Source: a virus
Lineage: Duplodnaviria > Caudoviricetes
Direction: 5' to 3' (one strand)
IMG/VR virus record: IMGVR_UViG_3300042352_000969
Coordinates: 19,092 to 83,091 of that record
DNA length: 64,000 bases
The translations under genes and the position numbers were made by a program. The notes beneath the pieces are model-generated. The model worked only from the letters and a program-made list of their open reading frames with translations, was not told the origin of the DNA and did not search any database. Below are positions 1 through 8,301 of the stretch, in pieces. Position 1 is the stretch's first letter. The number at the start of each line of letters is the position of its first letter.

Positions 1-138
1 TCCTTCTTTAGCTAACTCTTCAAGAAGTAAAATGGCTTGAAACTCGCTGCCGCCCATTCCACATTTGTGCATGGTGTTTCCATCGTATGGAGAGCCTATG
101 CTATCAAATAAAATAACGTCTGCGTAAATATCCGTCAT
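1..138 (-). CDS. Partial glycosyltransferase, GT-B/GT4-like N-terminus (runs off the window edge; absent from the ORF track)
   Basis: My translation: MTDIYADVILFDSIGSPYDGNTMHKCGMGGSEFQAILLLEELAKEG. GxGGSE followed by a helix ending LAKEG is the typical GT4 N-terminal motif. The ATG overlaps the upstream TGA (ATGA, 135-138). Confidence 0.6.
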   Translation of the reverse strand, partial: MTDIYADVILFDSIGSPYDGNTMHKCGMGGSEFQAILLLEELAKEG

Positions 139-899
139 ACAAGAACTTTAAAATCATCTTCATCATTATTCTTTACAAAATACTTAGACAGATCGGTTGC
201 TGGTTGTGGATTGAAGGTGTTTTGATTTTTAAAAGAGTTGATCCATTTACCAACGTCTCCTACGAACGTCTTCGCGCCTGTGTGCGAACATGTGATGTTA
301 GTATCGAGATAAATGCTATTACCAAGATTGCGCCACTTCTTACACATATAAATATCTTCGCTGATAAGATCGCCGTCTTCACAAACAACTTCAAACACCA
401 TTCGTGTGTCACCTTTTTCTGAGGTATACGGTTTGGAAATCTCCCATAAATCGTTCATAGCTTTGCGAGAAATTTTCATGAATCCGCAACCTAAACCCGC
501 CACTTCAAGAATGCCGTCTTTATCAACGCTTAAATTTAATTTAGAATTATCTTTATCAAGAGCTTTCACAACGTAAAGTTCTTCGTTGTCGGTCTTCTTT
601 CTATAAGATCCGCCGATAATATCTTTGTCGCTTTTCACCAGCTTGTAAAAATCTTGAGGATTCCAACCTACATCACCATCAATAAAAAACAAATTATCAA
701 TATCGTTACTATAAGCAAGTTTAAACAAATCATTTCGCGCACGTTGAATAAGAGAGTCGTAACAAATAAACAATGGATATACTTCTACATTATTCTTTTC
801 AGCTAATGATAAAGTGTTTAGAAGTGAGTCGATATAATAAACATCCAGTTTGCCGTCGTAAGATGGAGTTGCGATTAATACTTTCTTTTTTTTAACCAT
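135..899 (-). CDS. GT-A fold glycosyltransferase-like protein
   Basis: VLIATPSY...RARN...LFFIDGDVGW (DxD)...GLGCGFMKI...SEDIYMC...CSH matches the GT-A motif layout common in large phages. Confidence 0.6.
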   Translation of the reverse strand: MVKKKKVLIATPSYDGKLDVYYIDSLLNTLSLAEKNNVEVYPLFICYDSLIQRARNDLFKLAYSNDIDNLFFIDGDVGWNPQDFYKLVKSDKDIIGGSYRKKTDNEELYVVKALDKDNSKLNLSVDKDGILEVAGLGCGFMKISRKAMNDLWEISKPYTSEKGDTRMVFEVVCEDGDLISEDIYMCKKWRNLGNSIYLDTNITCSHTGAKTFVGDVGKWINSFKNQNTFNPQPATDLSKYFVKNNDEDDFKVLV

Positions 900-900
900 A

Positions 901-932
901 AAAAAACCTCAAGAACAATATGTCCTTGAGGT
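901..932 (-). terminator. Intrinsic terminator-like hairpin directly upstream of the 899 start codon
   Basis: Minus strand ACCTCAAGGACA-TAT-TGTTCTTGAGGT followed by TTTTT and then ATG. Confidence 0.55.
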
Positions 933-967
933 ATTTTATGTTTTTTTGGTATTGTTTTCTACAGTTA

Positions 968-1249
968 TTATCGTGTCAAAGCGGGAGGATATTCTGCCAT
1001 TACTAGAGTAACGATGGCGGCAGACAATTGGGTGTCCGTCCATTGACCAGCTTGATCATATGTATCTCCAGACCATACTGTATACCAGTTATGAGCGTAA
1101 GGAGTGGTTGATATCTTTACCAAACTCTTTACAGTCTTACCGATTGGGTCGTCTGTGGTTTGAAGGATTTCGATTTGACTGGTATTAGCAGCTTGTTGAA
1201 TTTCTACAGCACTTGGTAGATTGATAATTGGGAATGTTGGGTCGCTCAT
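968..1249 (-). CDS. Hypothetical protein, 93 aa
   Basis: Clean ORF preceded by a GTGTAA motif. No family recognised. Confidence 0.65.
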   Translation of the reverse strand: MSDPTFPIINLPSAVEIQQAANTSQIEILQTTDDPIGKTVKSLVKISTTPYAHNWYTVWSGDTYDQAGQWTDTQLSAAIVTLVMAEYPPALTR

Positions 1250-1263
1250 ATTTGTATTTAATT

Positions 1264-1269
1264 TTACAC
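1264..1269 (-). promoter_or_regulatory. GTGTAA motif, 14 nt upstream of ATG 1249
   Basis: Plus strand ttacac at 1264-1269; minus strand TAGTGTAA-AATTAAATACAAAT-ATG. Confidence 0.5.
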
Positions 1270-1289
1270 TATTTTTTTATGTATAGAAA

Positions 1290-2114
1290 TTAATAATCGT
1301 AACTAAAAGCTTTATAGAACCAAGAAAACTTGTTGTATATATTATCGCAGTTCTGTTTTCCAAGAATATCTATATAGTCGTTAGGCACTGGTTTGATTAC
1401 TTTTTGAATAGTATGGTCACCAAAAGGAATGTGCATACGGTCATCTTCAAAAGTCTTTTGTTCTACGTTGTTAAAGTCGTGTTGATAAAATGGTAATTCA
1501 AGATACTCGTATACTCGTTCCATTTCTCTTTGAGGATTACTGGCGAAGTTTTCAAATTTAATAAATAAACATTTTTTACTTAATTTACGCATAATAGTAT
1601 CATACAATACATCAATACTTACAGCAAGTGGCGGCGCTTGCATTAAAAAGTAATCTATTCTCTTATCAACCGTAGTGTTACGAAGTTCGTTCCAGTTCTG
1701 AAGGCCAGCATCAATGTGCTGATATTGTCGCCACTTCTTTTCCATGCTCGCCACAACTGCTCGCAGATCGCGAACCATAACAATAACCTTTGGTTCTGGA
1801 TAATACCAGTTTAGAAAATCGTATGTAACGCTCCAGCCTCTGCTCTTGTCAATAACATATTTCTTATCAGTGATGGCGTTAAAATATGCAAACATGCCTT
1901 CTTTACAAAGAGCTTTGAATGCCGGTTCAACTACATTGATGTCTTGAGCCTTAAATTCAATATTTGTAGAATAAATATTTCTAGCATTAAGGAAGATTTC
2001 AATTAATCCACTAGTTGGTGTGGCATAAAAATCAGGATTTTGCGCCAGTACATTCTGTAACAATGTCGAACCTGCTCTCGGCAAAGAACATTGAAAAAAT
2101 ATCTTTTCTACCAT
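1290..2114 (-). CDS. PAPS-dependent sulfotransferase (start re-assigned to 2114, MVEKIFF)
   Basis: 5'-PSB loop SLPRAGSTLL, DKSRGW, 3'-PB motif VMVRDLRAVVAS, KFENFASNP. The longer 2186 start would overlap the divergent cysC gene. Confidence 0.85.
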   Translation of the reverse strand: MVEKIFFQCSLPRAGSTLLQNVLAQNPDFYATPTSGLIEIFLNARNIYSTNIEFKAQDINVVEPAFKALCKEGMFAYFNAITDKKYVIDKSRGWSVTYDFLNWYYPEPKVIVMVRDLRAVVASMEKKWRQYQHIDAGLQNWNELRNTTVDKRIDYFLMQAPPLAVSIDVLYDTIMRKLSKKCLFIKFENFASNPQREMERVYEYLELPFYQHDFNNVEQKTFEDDRMHIPFGDHTIQKVIKPVPNDYIDILGKQNCDNIYNKFSWFYKAFSYDY

Positions 2115-2124
2115 ACCATATAAT

Positions 2125-2580
2125 ATGCCAATTGGTTCGTTTTTAAAGGTATTAATTATGGGTTTGCCGGGATCTGGTAAAACCACATTAGCGGCAGATT
2201 TATCTTATCTTTTAAGCCATCATTATAAATGTCATTGGTTAAATGCAGATAAAGTTCGTGAACAATTCAACGATTGGGACTTCAGTGAAGCTGGTCGTGA
2301 ACGCCAAGGTAAAAGAATGAAAGATTTGGCCGACATGTACGGTCAATATAACGAAATAGTCATTTGCGACTTTGTATGTCCATTTCAAAAAACCAGAAAT
2401 CAATTTGATCCTGATTTTTTAATATTTATGAATACCATTAACGAATCAACATACGAAGATACTAATAAAGTATTTGAGCCGCCCAAAAAGTTTGATATCG
2501 AAGTTCAAAGTAAGAATAGCAGTTATTATTCTAAAATGATATACAACGAATTAGTTCGTAAGTTAAATAAAAAAGTGTAA
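2125..2580 (+). CDS. cysC: Adenylylsulfate (APS) kinase-like protein
   Basis: MGLPGSGKTTLA P-loop, WLNADKVR, DWDFSEAGRERQ, ICDFVCP. Confidence 0.8.
   Translation: MPIGSFLKVLIMGLPGSGKTTLAADLSYLLSHHYKCHWLNADKVREQFNDWDFSEAGRERQGKRMKDLADMYGQYNEIVICDFVCPFQKTRNQFDPDFLIFMNTINESTYEDTNKVFEPPKKFDIEVQSKNSSYYSKMIYNELVRKLNKKV
2575..2580 (+). promoter_or_regulatory. GTGTAA promoter motif, 9 nt upstream of ATG 2590
   Basis: AAGTGTAA-GATATATAT-ATG. Confidence 0.7.
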
Positions 2581-2589
2581 GATATATAT

Positions 2590-3102
2590 ATGGTAGCTTA
2601 TAGTGTACATGATTTAGCTGATGAAATATTCGCGAATGAATTTGAGTATGATAGCGGCTATGCTCAATTTTATTATATTTCAGGATGGCTTGCTAATAAT
2701 GTTGGTTTGTTAAATACAAAAATATACAGCCAATATTCAGTACAAAATTCTAATTTTGAACCAACAGGGTTTTTCCAACAAGAAGAAAGATCAATATATA
2801 AGCAAATGTACTTGTATGAGTTTTATACAAAAAAGACTCGCCAAGTTTTGCGCGGAGTAGATAGCTCTGTAGATTTCGTGACTTTGCGTGAAGGCGACAC
2901 AATGATTACGCGTACAAATAAAAACGAACTTGCAAAAACATATCGTGGATTAGCTAATGACGCTAGAGAAGAAATGGAAAGATTAGTATCTAGTTACAAT
3001 ATTTATCAAGCTGCGCCTGTGCAAGTGGCTGGTGAAGATGGTTCGCCGATATTTACAGGATCTGGATTTTTTTATTATCCATATGGATATGGTCATCCAT
3101 AA
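2590..3102 (+). CDS. Hypothetical virion protein, possibly a head-tail adaptor
   Basis: 170 aa with a late-type motif upstream, next to the neck and tail block. Function inferred from context only. Confidence 0.4.
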   Translation: MVAYSVHDLADEIFANEFEYDSGYAQFYYISGWLANNVGLLNTKIYSQYSVQNSNFEPTGFFQQEERSIYKQMYLYEFYTKKTRQVLRGVDSSVDFVTLREGDTMITRTNKNELAKTYRGLANDAREEMERLVSSYNIYQAAPVQVAGEDGSPIFTGSGFFYYPYGYGHP

Positions 3103-3104
3103 GT

Positions 3105-3140
3105 AAAAAAAGAACCCCAGTCTTTCGACTGGGGTTTTTT
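3105..3140. terminator. Bidirectional intrinsic terminator
   Basis: AACCCCAGTC-TTTC-GACTGGGGTT with an A-run on the left and a T-run on the right, between convergent genes. Confidence 0.9.
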
Positions 3141-3153
3141 ATTGTTATTTATT

Positions 3154-4488
3154 TTAGATCTTGCCAGTGCCAAGTTTGAAGAAGCCTGATGTAATAGAGT
3201 CTAATTGGTTTTGATAACTTCCAGACATAAACAATCCAGCGGTTGTGTCGTTTGCACCGCCGATTTGAACTGAATATGTTAAATCTACAGTTTGATTATC
3301 ACCAAGATTTTCAGAATATGTTTCAGAAGATAATAGTGCGCCTCTGATTTCATAAACAATCTTATTTGCTGATGAGCTATTTTTTAATGTGATTGAAAGA
3401 GTTTGAGTTCCACTTGTTAAAGCGTCAAAAAGATTTTGATCTTTTAGTTCAGAAACAATTGCGCTAATACTTACATCCATATTAATAGGAACATTAACAA
3501 CTCTTGCGAAACCAAATGTATTTCCAAGTCTTTGTAGAATTGTTCTGCTCAATGGAAGAGTAAAACTAAATGATTGAATATGAGCGTCTGCTAGATTTGT
3601 TAAACCAACGCTGTTTCCAAGAGAAAGAACTATATCACCAGGACGCAATGCGCTTACGGAACTTACTCCAGTGGTGAATCCTGTAAAATTAACACCAGCG
3701 GAAGCACCAATTACTCCAGTGAAATCTCTTGAATAATCAAGTTTATATGCAGAACCAATAGAAGTAAATTTAGTAGCTGGAGTAGCAAAAAGATTAATTG
3801 CTGCGCTATTTCCAGTTATTGAGGTTATATTTGCACCGACTACTGATCCTGCTGGCGCACCTGCGGATGTTACGGTTGTGACAGTTTCGGCTGAATCAGA
3901 TTTGATGTTAAAAGCTTCAACAGTTACGCTTGCTGTTGGAATAGCTCCAACAGAAGCTTCAAAACTATATTCGCTAACGAATCCATTACCAATTCCTACT
4001 ATAGTAGAATTTGGGGTCAATGTTCCGCCAACAACGTCTTCACCTTCATCTACAGTTAAAATGTAATAATTATTACCTTGTAGATCAGATAGTAATCCAG
4101 AAATAGCTTGTGCGCCATTAACGATATTTGTATCAGTAACTCCAGTAATATTAAATCCCATTAATCTTTCATTATAGCCATTAGTTACATAATAACTGAA
4201 ATCAAGCCCAACTGTTGGGGCTTCCATAACAATAGAATCGATACGAGCGAGTTTACCGAATTCATTGATATCTTGTCTATTAATTGTAAAATTAAAATTA
4301 CAATTTTGAATGCGATCCATCTTCTTTAGAAGAGAAATACCGGATGCTAGTGAACCTGTATCAGTTGGAGTAAATGGAGAGGCAGTGAATCCAGTACCTG
4401 CGCTATCTACTCCGCTTACTTGTACTCCAGTAGAACTTGGAGCGATAAATAAAGCTTGACTTTGGTATATTACACGATTTCTTGCCAT
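3154..4488 (-). CDS. Putative major tail (tube) protein
   Basis: 444 aa, beta-rich. Lies downstream of neck-like genes, ends at a strong terminator, has a G-free leader and is paralogous to 36431-37534. Confidence 0.6.
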   Translation of the reverse strand: MARNRVIYQSQALFIAPSSTGVQVSGVDSAGTGFTASPFTPTDTGSLASGISLLKKMDRIQNCNFNFTINRQDINEFGKLARIDSIVMEAPTVGLDFSYYVTNGYNERLMGFNITGVTDTNIVNGAQAISGLLSDLQGNNYYILTVDEGEDVVGGTLTPNSTIVGIGNGFVSEYSFEASVGAIPTASVTVEAFNIKSDSAETVTTVTSAGAPAGSVVGANITSITGNSAAINLFATPATKFTSIGSAYKLDYSRDFTGVIGASAGVNFTGFTTGVSSVSALRPGDIVLSLGNSVGLTNLADAHIQSFSFTLPLSRTILQRLGNTFGFARVVNVPINMDVSISAIVSELKDQNLFDALTSGTQTLSITLKNSSSANKIVYEIRGALLSSETYSENLGDNQTVDLTYSVQIGGANDTTAGLFMSGSYQNQLDSITSGFFKLGTGKI

Positions 4489-4558
4489 ATGTTTTTTATT
4501 TGTTTAATTGTTGTTAAATTGTTAATATTTTTTACAGTGATTGGTTGTTTTTGTGAAA

Positions 4559-5419
4559 TTATAATCGAGGGTATCGATAAGTTTTGATTTCAAAATCTAA
4601 AAATCCAATATGAAGAATCGGATTTAATTCTTTAATAACGCTATCGCGAATCTTTGAAGTTTCAACATGGGATATAAAAAGTGTTTGAGAATTATATGCG
4701 TTGTTTAAATTTTTATAATCATATCCCGTAGGATACGCGCCAGTTTTCATTTCATTGAATTCTCCTAATGGATGACCTGTCATTGGTATGATGCTGAATA
4801 TTTCGTTATATGAATCGCCAAATACACTAAGAACTCCGTCTAGCTGATATAAGTTTTCACAAAACGCTACGACTTTAATAATGCATTTTGTTTCATCTTC
4901 ACCGCCAAAAGCGAATGCGGTATTATGAGATGTTTCAATAGAAGCGAATATACAAGGAGTAACAGGATTATATGGAGCAATATAATTTTCAGATACTGTG
5001 AATCTGCTATTTGTTACGAATTTGTTTTCAATTATTAAATTATCTTCTGGCTGATCTGTTATATAACTGTTTACTTCTTTGACTGAATAAGTTCCGGTTA
5101 TGTTCAGGCCCGTTGAAACTCCGCTATTAAAAATAATTCTGCCATTATCAAAATCAATTCTCATACCGCTTGTACCAGTAGATACAAATTGATTATTAAT
5201 TGTGAAACCAGATGGTATTGTTGCGCCAGTTATATTTTTATCATATATCCATTGTTTATATGGAGATCCATAAACAACTTTATCTCCTCCAAGTCGAGGA
5301 TCTTGATAATTATATAATTTTGTTGTATAAGTTTTATAAGCGTCAGCTTTGGTCATTAAAAAATTATCGAACCAAAGAAAAAAACTATTAATAACATTAT
5401 GAGTAAATGTTGGTTTCAT
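4559..5419 (-). CDS. Putative tail terminator / neck protein
   Basis: Immediately upstream of the tail-tube gene; C-terminal GFLDFEIKTYR strand. Context-based call. Confidence 0.4.
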   Translation of the reverse strand: MKPTFTHNVINSFFLWFDNFLMTKADAYKTYTTKLYNYQDPRLGGDKVVYGSPYKQWIYDKNITGATIPSGFTINNQFVSTGTSGMRIDFDNGRIIFNSGVSTGLNITGTYSVKEVNSYITDQPEDNLIIENKFVTNSRFTVSENYIAPYNPVTPCIFASIETSHNTAFAFGGEDETKCIIKVVAFCENLYQLDGVLSVFGDSYNEIFSIIPMTGHPLGEFNEMKTGAYPTGYDYKNLNNAYNSQTLFISHVETSKIRDSVIKELNPILHIGFLDFEIKTYRYPRL

Positions 5420-6006
5420 GCTGTAATTTTATTTAAACTTTTTAAATCTTTAGAGAATTTGTTTATTAAATCAGATATGTATTTTGTATTTTTAAAAACA
5501 GTTCCCGGTCTAACTTGATTGGTTGATGATTGAATGCCGAATCCAGATCGACTGTTTTTTATTTTTTTTAAATAATATCCAAGACCCGATATTCCAGTTT
5601 CGATTCCTCTCGCCCAACTTCTGCCAACTGCCCAAGGCATAGGCGTTATTTCAAATATTTGCACAGCGGTAGGTATATCAAAAATAATTGTACTATCTAA
5701 AGCTTTGTTATTAAAAACAATTCTGTAATTAGATTTTTCTAATAAATCTTCAATGGGTTTTATGGGGTCAGATCCTTCATCGAACCCAATAAAAGAATAT
5801 AAATTAGTTATACCGGCAAGAGTTCCTGATGTATTTGTTGCGTCTATACCTCCTTTTATTTCTTGAGTGATAGGATGATTAAGGAATTCTTGTAAATATT
5901 GATTTTTTATTTTATTGAATTCTTTTTCAACTATTCTATGAACTTCTTTTTGATACTCTTTGTCGGCTTGCAAATCTTGCATTATTTTTATGTAATCTGG
6001 GTCCAT
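5416..6006 (-). CDS. Putative neck / tail completion protein
   Basis: Position between the closure-like and terminator-like genes; ATGA coupling to the next gene. Confidence 0.35.
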   Translation of the reverse strand: MDPDYIKIMQDLQADKEYQKEVHRIVEKEFNKIKNQYLQEFLNHPITQEIKGGIDATNTSGTLAGITNLYSFIGFDEGSDPIKPIEDLLEKSNYRIVFNNKALDSTIIFDIPTAVQIFEITPMPWAVGRSWARGIETGISGLGYYLKKIKNSRSGFGIQSSTNQVRPGTVFKNTKYISDLINKFSKDLKSLNKITA

Positions 6007-6009
6007 ATT

Positions 6010-6465
6010 TTATGCGTCAGGTTTGAGATAAAGAGTATAATATTGATTATCAAATAATCCATGAGGTCTAAATGAAGAATTCAAAACAAATCGTTTTCCA
6101 TCAACATCAAAACGGCGACCATCTTTGATATAATCATAATCGTCTGCTCGCATCTTTATTCTCACAGATCCAACAACGGCTTCTAATTTAATTTGAGAAG
6201 CTAGTCCTGATTCGCTCCAGTATTTTTTACTAATGTCGTCGTTATAAAATATTCTTACTTTAAATGTCTTATAAACTGGTGTATTTACATATGAAGTGGT
6301 TTGACCAGCAGTATTATATAATGGATTAAAGTTAGGGTCAGTAATAATTACAATCTGTGAGGCTTCTTTAAAAACAGTGATTTCGCGAGCAAAAGTCTCA
6401 TGAACATCATCAATAACCGCATTAAGCGCGGTTCTTTCTGAAGCAGATATAAGATTCGTAGCCAT
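6010..6465 (-). CDS. Putative head-closure protein
   Basis: 151 aa, first gene of the neck block; IKDGRRFDVDGKRFVL resembles closure-protein beta hairpins. Confidence 0.35.
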   Translation of the reverse strand: MATNLISASERTALNAVIDDVHETFAREITVFKEASQIVIITDPNFNPLYNTAGQTTSYVNTPVYKTFKVRIFYNDDISKKYWSESGLASQIKLEAVVGSVRIKMRADDYDYIKDGRRFDVDGKRFVLNSSFRPHGLFDNQYYTLYLKPDA

Positions 6466-6473
6466 ATATACCT

Positions 6474-6479
6474 TTACAC
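6474..6479 (-). promoter_or_regulatory. GTGTAA promoter motif, 8 nt upstream of ATG 6465
   Basis: Minus strand CAGTGTAA-AGGTATAT-ATG. Confidence 0.7.
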
Positions 6480-6520
6480 TGGTTGAAAAACTATAGAATA
6501 TATATTAATATAAATAAATT

Positions 6521-7300
6521 ATGTCAAAGTCACTGTATAGTTTCAATATTTTTAAAACAGCAGAAGTCGAAGAGGACAAGACTGAAACGGTTACAAATGA
6601 ACAAGGCGAACAGGTCGTTCGTACTTACAAGGAAAAAGTTAAGAAACAAATTCCAATAGAAATTCACATTCTTCAGCCAAATAGAAAACAAATGCAAGAA
6701 GCTGACATGGAATTCAGTATTGAAATGAGCCGATGCATCCGAAATGGAATTTTAACAAAGGCGATGTTGCTAAATAAGTATAGTGATACTGGTGGTTTGA
6801 TCAGCGACAATGACGCGAAGATAATGGTTTCTGCCGCTGGAGAAATTGGAGATCTACAAAGTAGACTAACTATTCTTAATCTAAAACCAGAATCGGAACG
6901 TGACGAAGATTACAAGCTAAAGATTGAAAAAGTAACTTCTGAAATTCTTCAACGTCGTAAGACTCTTATTGAAAAAGAAACGAGTTATATGACTTTGTTT
7001 AATCATACTGCCGACATTAAAGCTCAAAATAGAGCTATTCTTTGGTATGTACTAAGTCTAACTCAATTCAAGGATAATAGTAAAAAGAGTCCTGAATATG
7101 AATGGCTATTTCCTGGTAAGACATTTGATATTAAAGAATCTGTCATGTTTGATTATGAAGAAAACAAGAATGAAATTTATGAAAAATGCTATAGTAAACT
7201 AGCTAGTGTTATTAGTTATTGGTTCTTTACCAGCAATACAGAAAAGGAAGAATTCGATAGAATCATTGGAGAAATAGATGGAACAGTCCCAACAGAGTAA
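6521..7300 (+). CDS. Putative tail assembly chaperone 1
   Basis: Helical, charged protein; first of two genes directly upstream of the tape measure gene. Confidence 0.5.
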   Translation: MSKSLYSFNIFKTAEVEEDKTETVTNEQGEQVVRTYKEKVKKQIPIEIHILQPNRKQMQEADMEFSIEMSRCIRNGILTKAMLLNKYSDTGGLISDNDAKIMVSAAGEIGDLQSRLTILNLKPESERDEDYKLKIEKVTSEILQRRKTLIEKETSYMTLFNHTADIKAQNRAILWYVLSLTQFKDNSKKSPEYEWLFPGKTFDIKESVMFDYEENKNEIYEKCYSKLASVISYWFFTSNTEKEEFDRIIGEIDGTVPTE

Positions 7301-8273
7301 ATATAAAAAAGCTTTTAGGGATATAAAAAATGGATTCTCTGAGATTAAGGTTTTAGAGAATCTTTTTTATTTAAAGCATTTGTCTTTGGAAGATCAAGTC
7401 GATATTGATCAAATTTATGATGTCTATTTTGATCAAGCTAAAAAACGCGGCGTTCCTACGAATAGCGAAACTTTAGAGCGGTTGGTTGACGAAAAACAAT
7501 GGTCAAAGAAACAAGAATCTTTAATAACACAAGAACAAGATTTAATAGAAAACTTCAATAAACAGAAAAAAGCTCTTTATTTAAAATCAGAAATAATGAG
7601 AGTAAATGCGGACATCGAGTCGGCGCAAAAACGTTTAAACGATTTAAAAAATACAAGATCATCGTTCTTTCAAAGAACCGCCGAAAGTTATGCCGAAGAA
7701 AGAGTTAATGATTATTACATATTAAAATGTTTATATAAAGATAAAAAGTTAAGTGAAGAAGCTTTTGAAGAAGATGAGTTCGATAATATTGATTCGGAAA
7801 CTCTCACTTGTATTATAAAACAATACTCAGAGGTCTATAAAAACATAAACGACAACACGATTCAACATTTAATTTTGCAAGATTTTTTTAATTTGTATAT
7901 GCCGTTTGCTGAAAATCCTACTGAATTCTTCGGTAAATGTGTGTGCGAGCTTACTTATAATCAAGTAAAATTACTTATTTATGCTCGATTTTTTAAGAAC
8001 GTTTTTCAGCAAAATGATAAAATGCCTCAAGATATTAAAGACGATCCCGATAAAATCATTGATTATGTGAACGCCAATGAAAACGCCAAGAAAACAATTG
8101 AAAAAAAGAACAACAAAGAAAATCAAGCTAGTTCAATAGTTGGTGCAACATCAGAAGACCTTGAATATATAGGATTAAAGGCCAAAGGTCAAAAGACTTT
8201 ATCTTTAGCAGATGAAGCTAAAAAGAAAGGCGGCTCATTGAGTATGGACGATATGATGAAAATATTCGGTTAA
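7278..8273 (+). CDS. Putative tail assembly chaperone 2
   Basis: Helical / coiled-coil protein directly upstream of the tape measure gene. Confidence 0.5.
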   Translation: MEQSQQSKYKKAFRDIKNGFSEIKVLENLFYLKHLSLEDQVDIDQIYDVYFDQAKKRGVPTNSETLERLVDEKQWSKKQESLITQEQDLIENFNKQKKALYLKSEIMRVNADIESAQKRLNDLKNTRSSFFQRTAESYAEERVNDYYILKCLYKDKKLSEEAFEEDEFDNIDSETLTCIIKQYSEVYKNINDNTIQHLILQDFFNLYMPFAENPTEFFGKCVCELTYNQVKLLIYARFFKNVFQQNDKMPQDIKDDPDKIIDYVNANENAKKTIEKKNNKENQASSIVGATSEDLEYIGLKAKGQKTLSLADEAKKKGGSLSMDDMMKIFG

Positions 8274-8286
8274 TAGTAATTTTAAC

Positions 8287-8292
8287 GTGTAA
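8287..8292 (+). promoter_or_regulatory. GTGTAA promoter motif, 9 nt upstream of the TMP start
   Basis: ACGTGTAA-ATAAAGCAT-ATG. Confidence 0.7.
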
Positions 8293-8301
8293 ATAAAGCA
8301 T

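Noticed and set aside
6509-6516. T4 late promoter TATAAATA before 6521
   Set aside because: I noticed it at only one gene start in very AT-rich DNA, and a TTGAAA-17-TAATAT reading explains the site equally well.
7240-7300. Programmed -1 frameshift joining the two tail chaperones (lambda G/GT type)
   Set aside because: The second ORF is in the +1 frame, has an in-frame TAG (7275-7277) right before its ATG, and no XXXYYYZ slippery site is visible.
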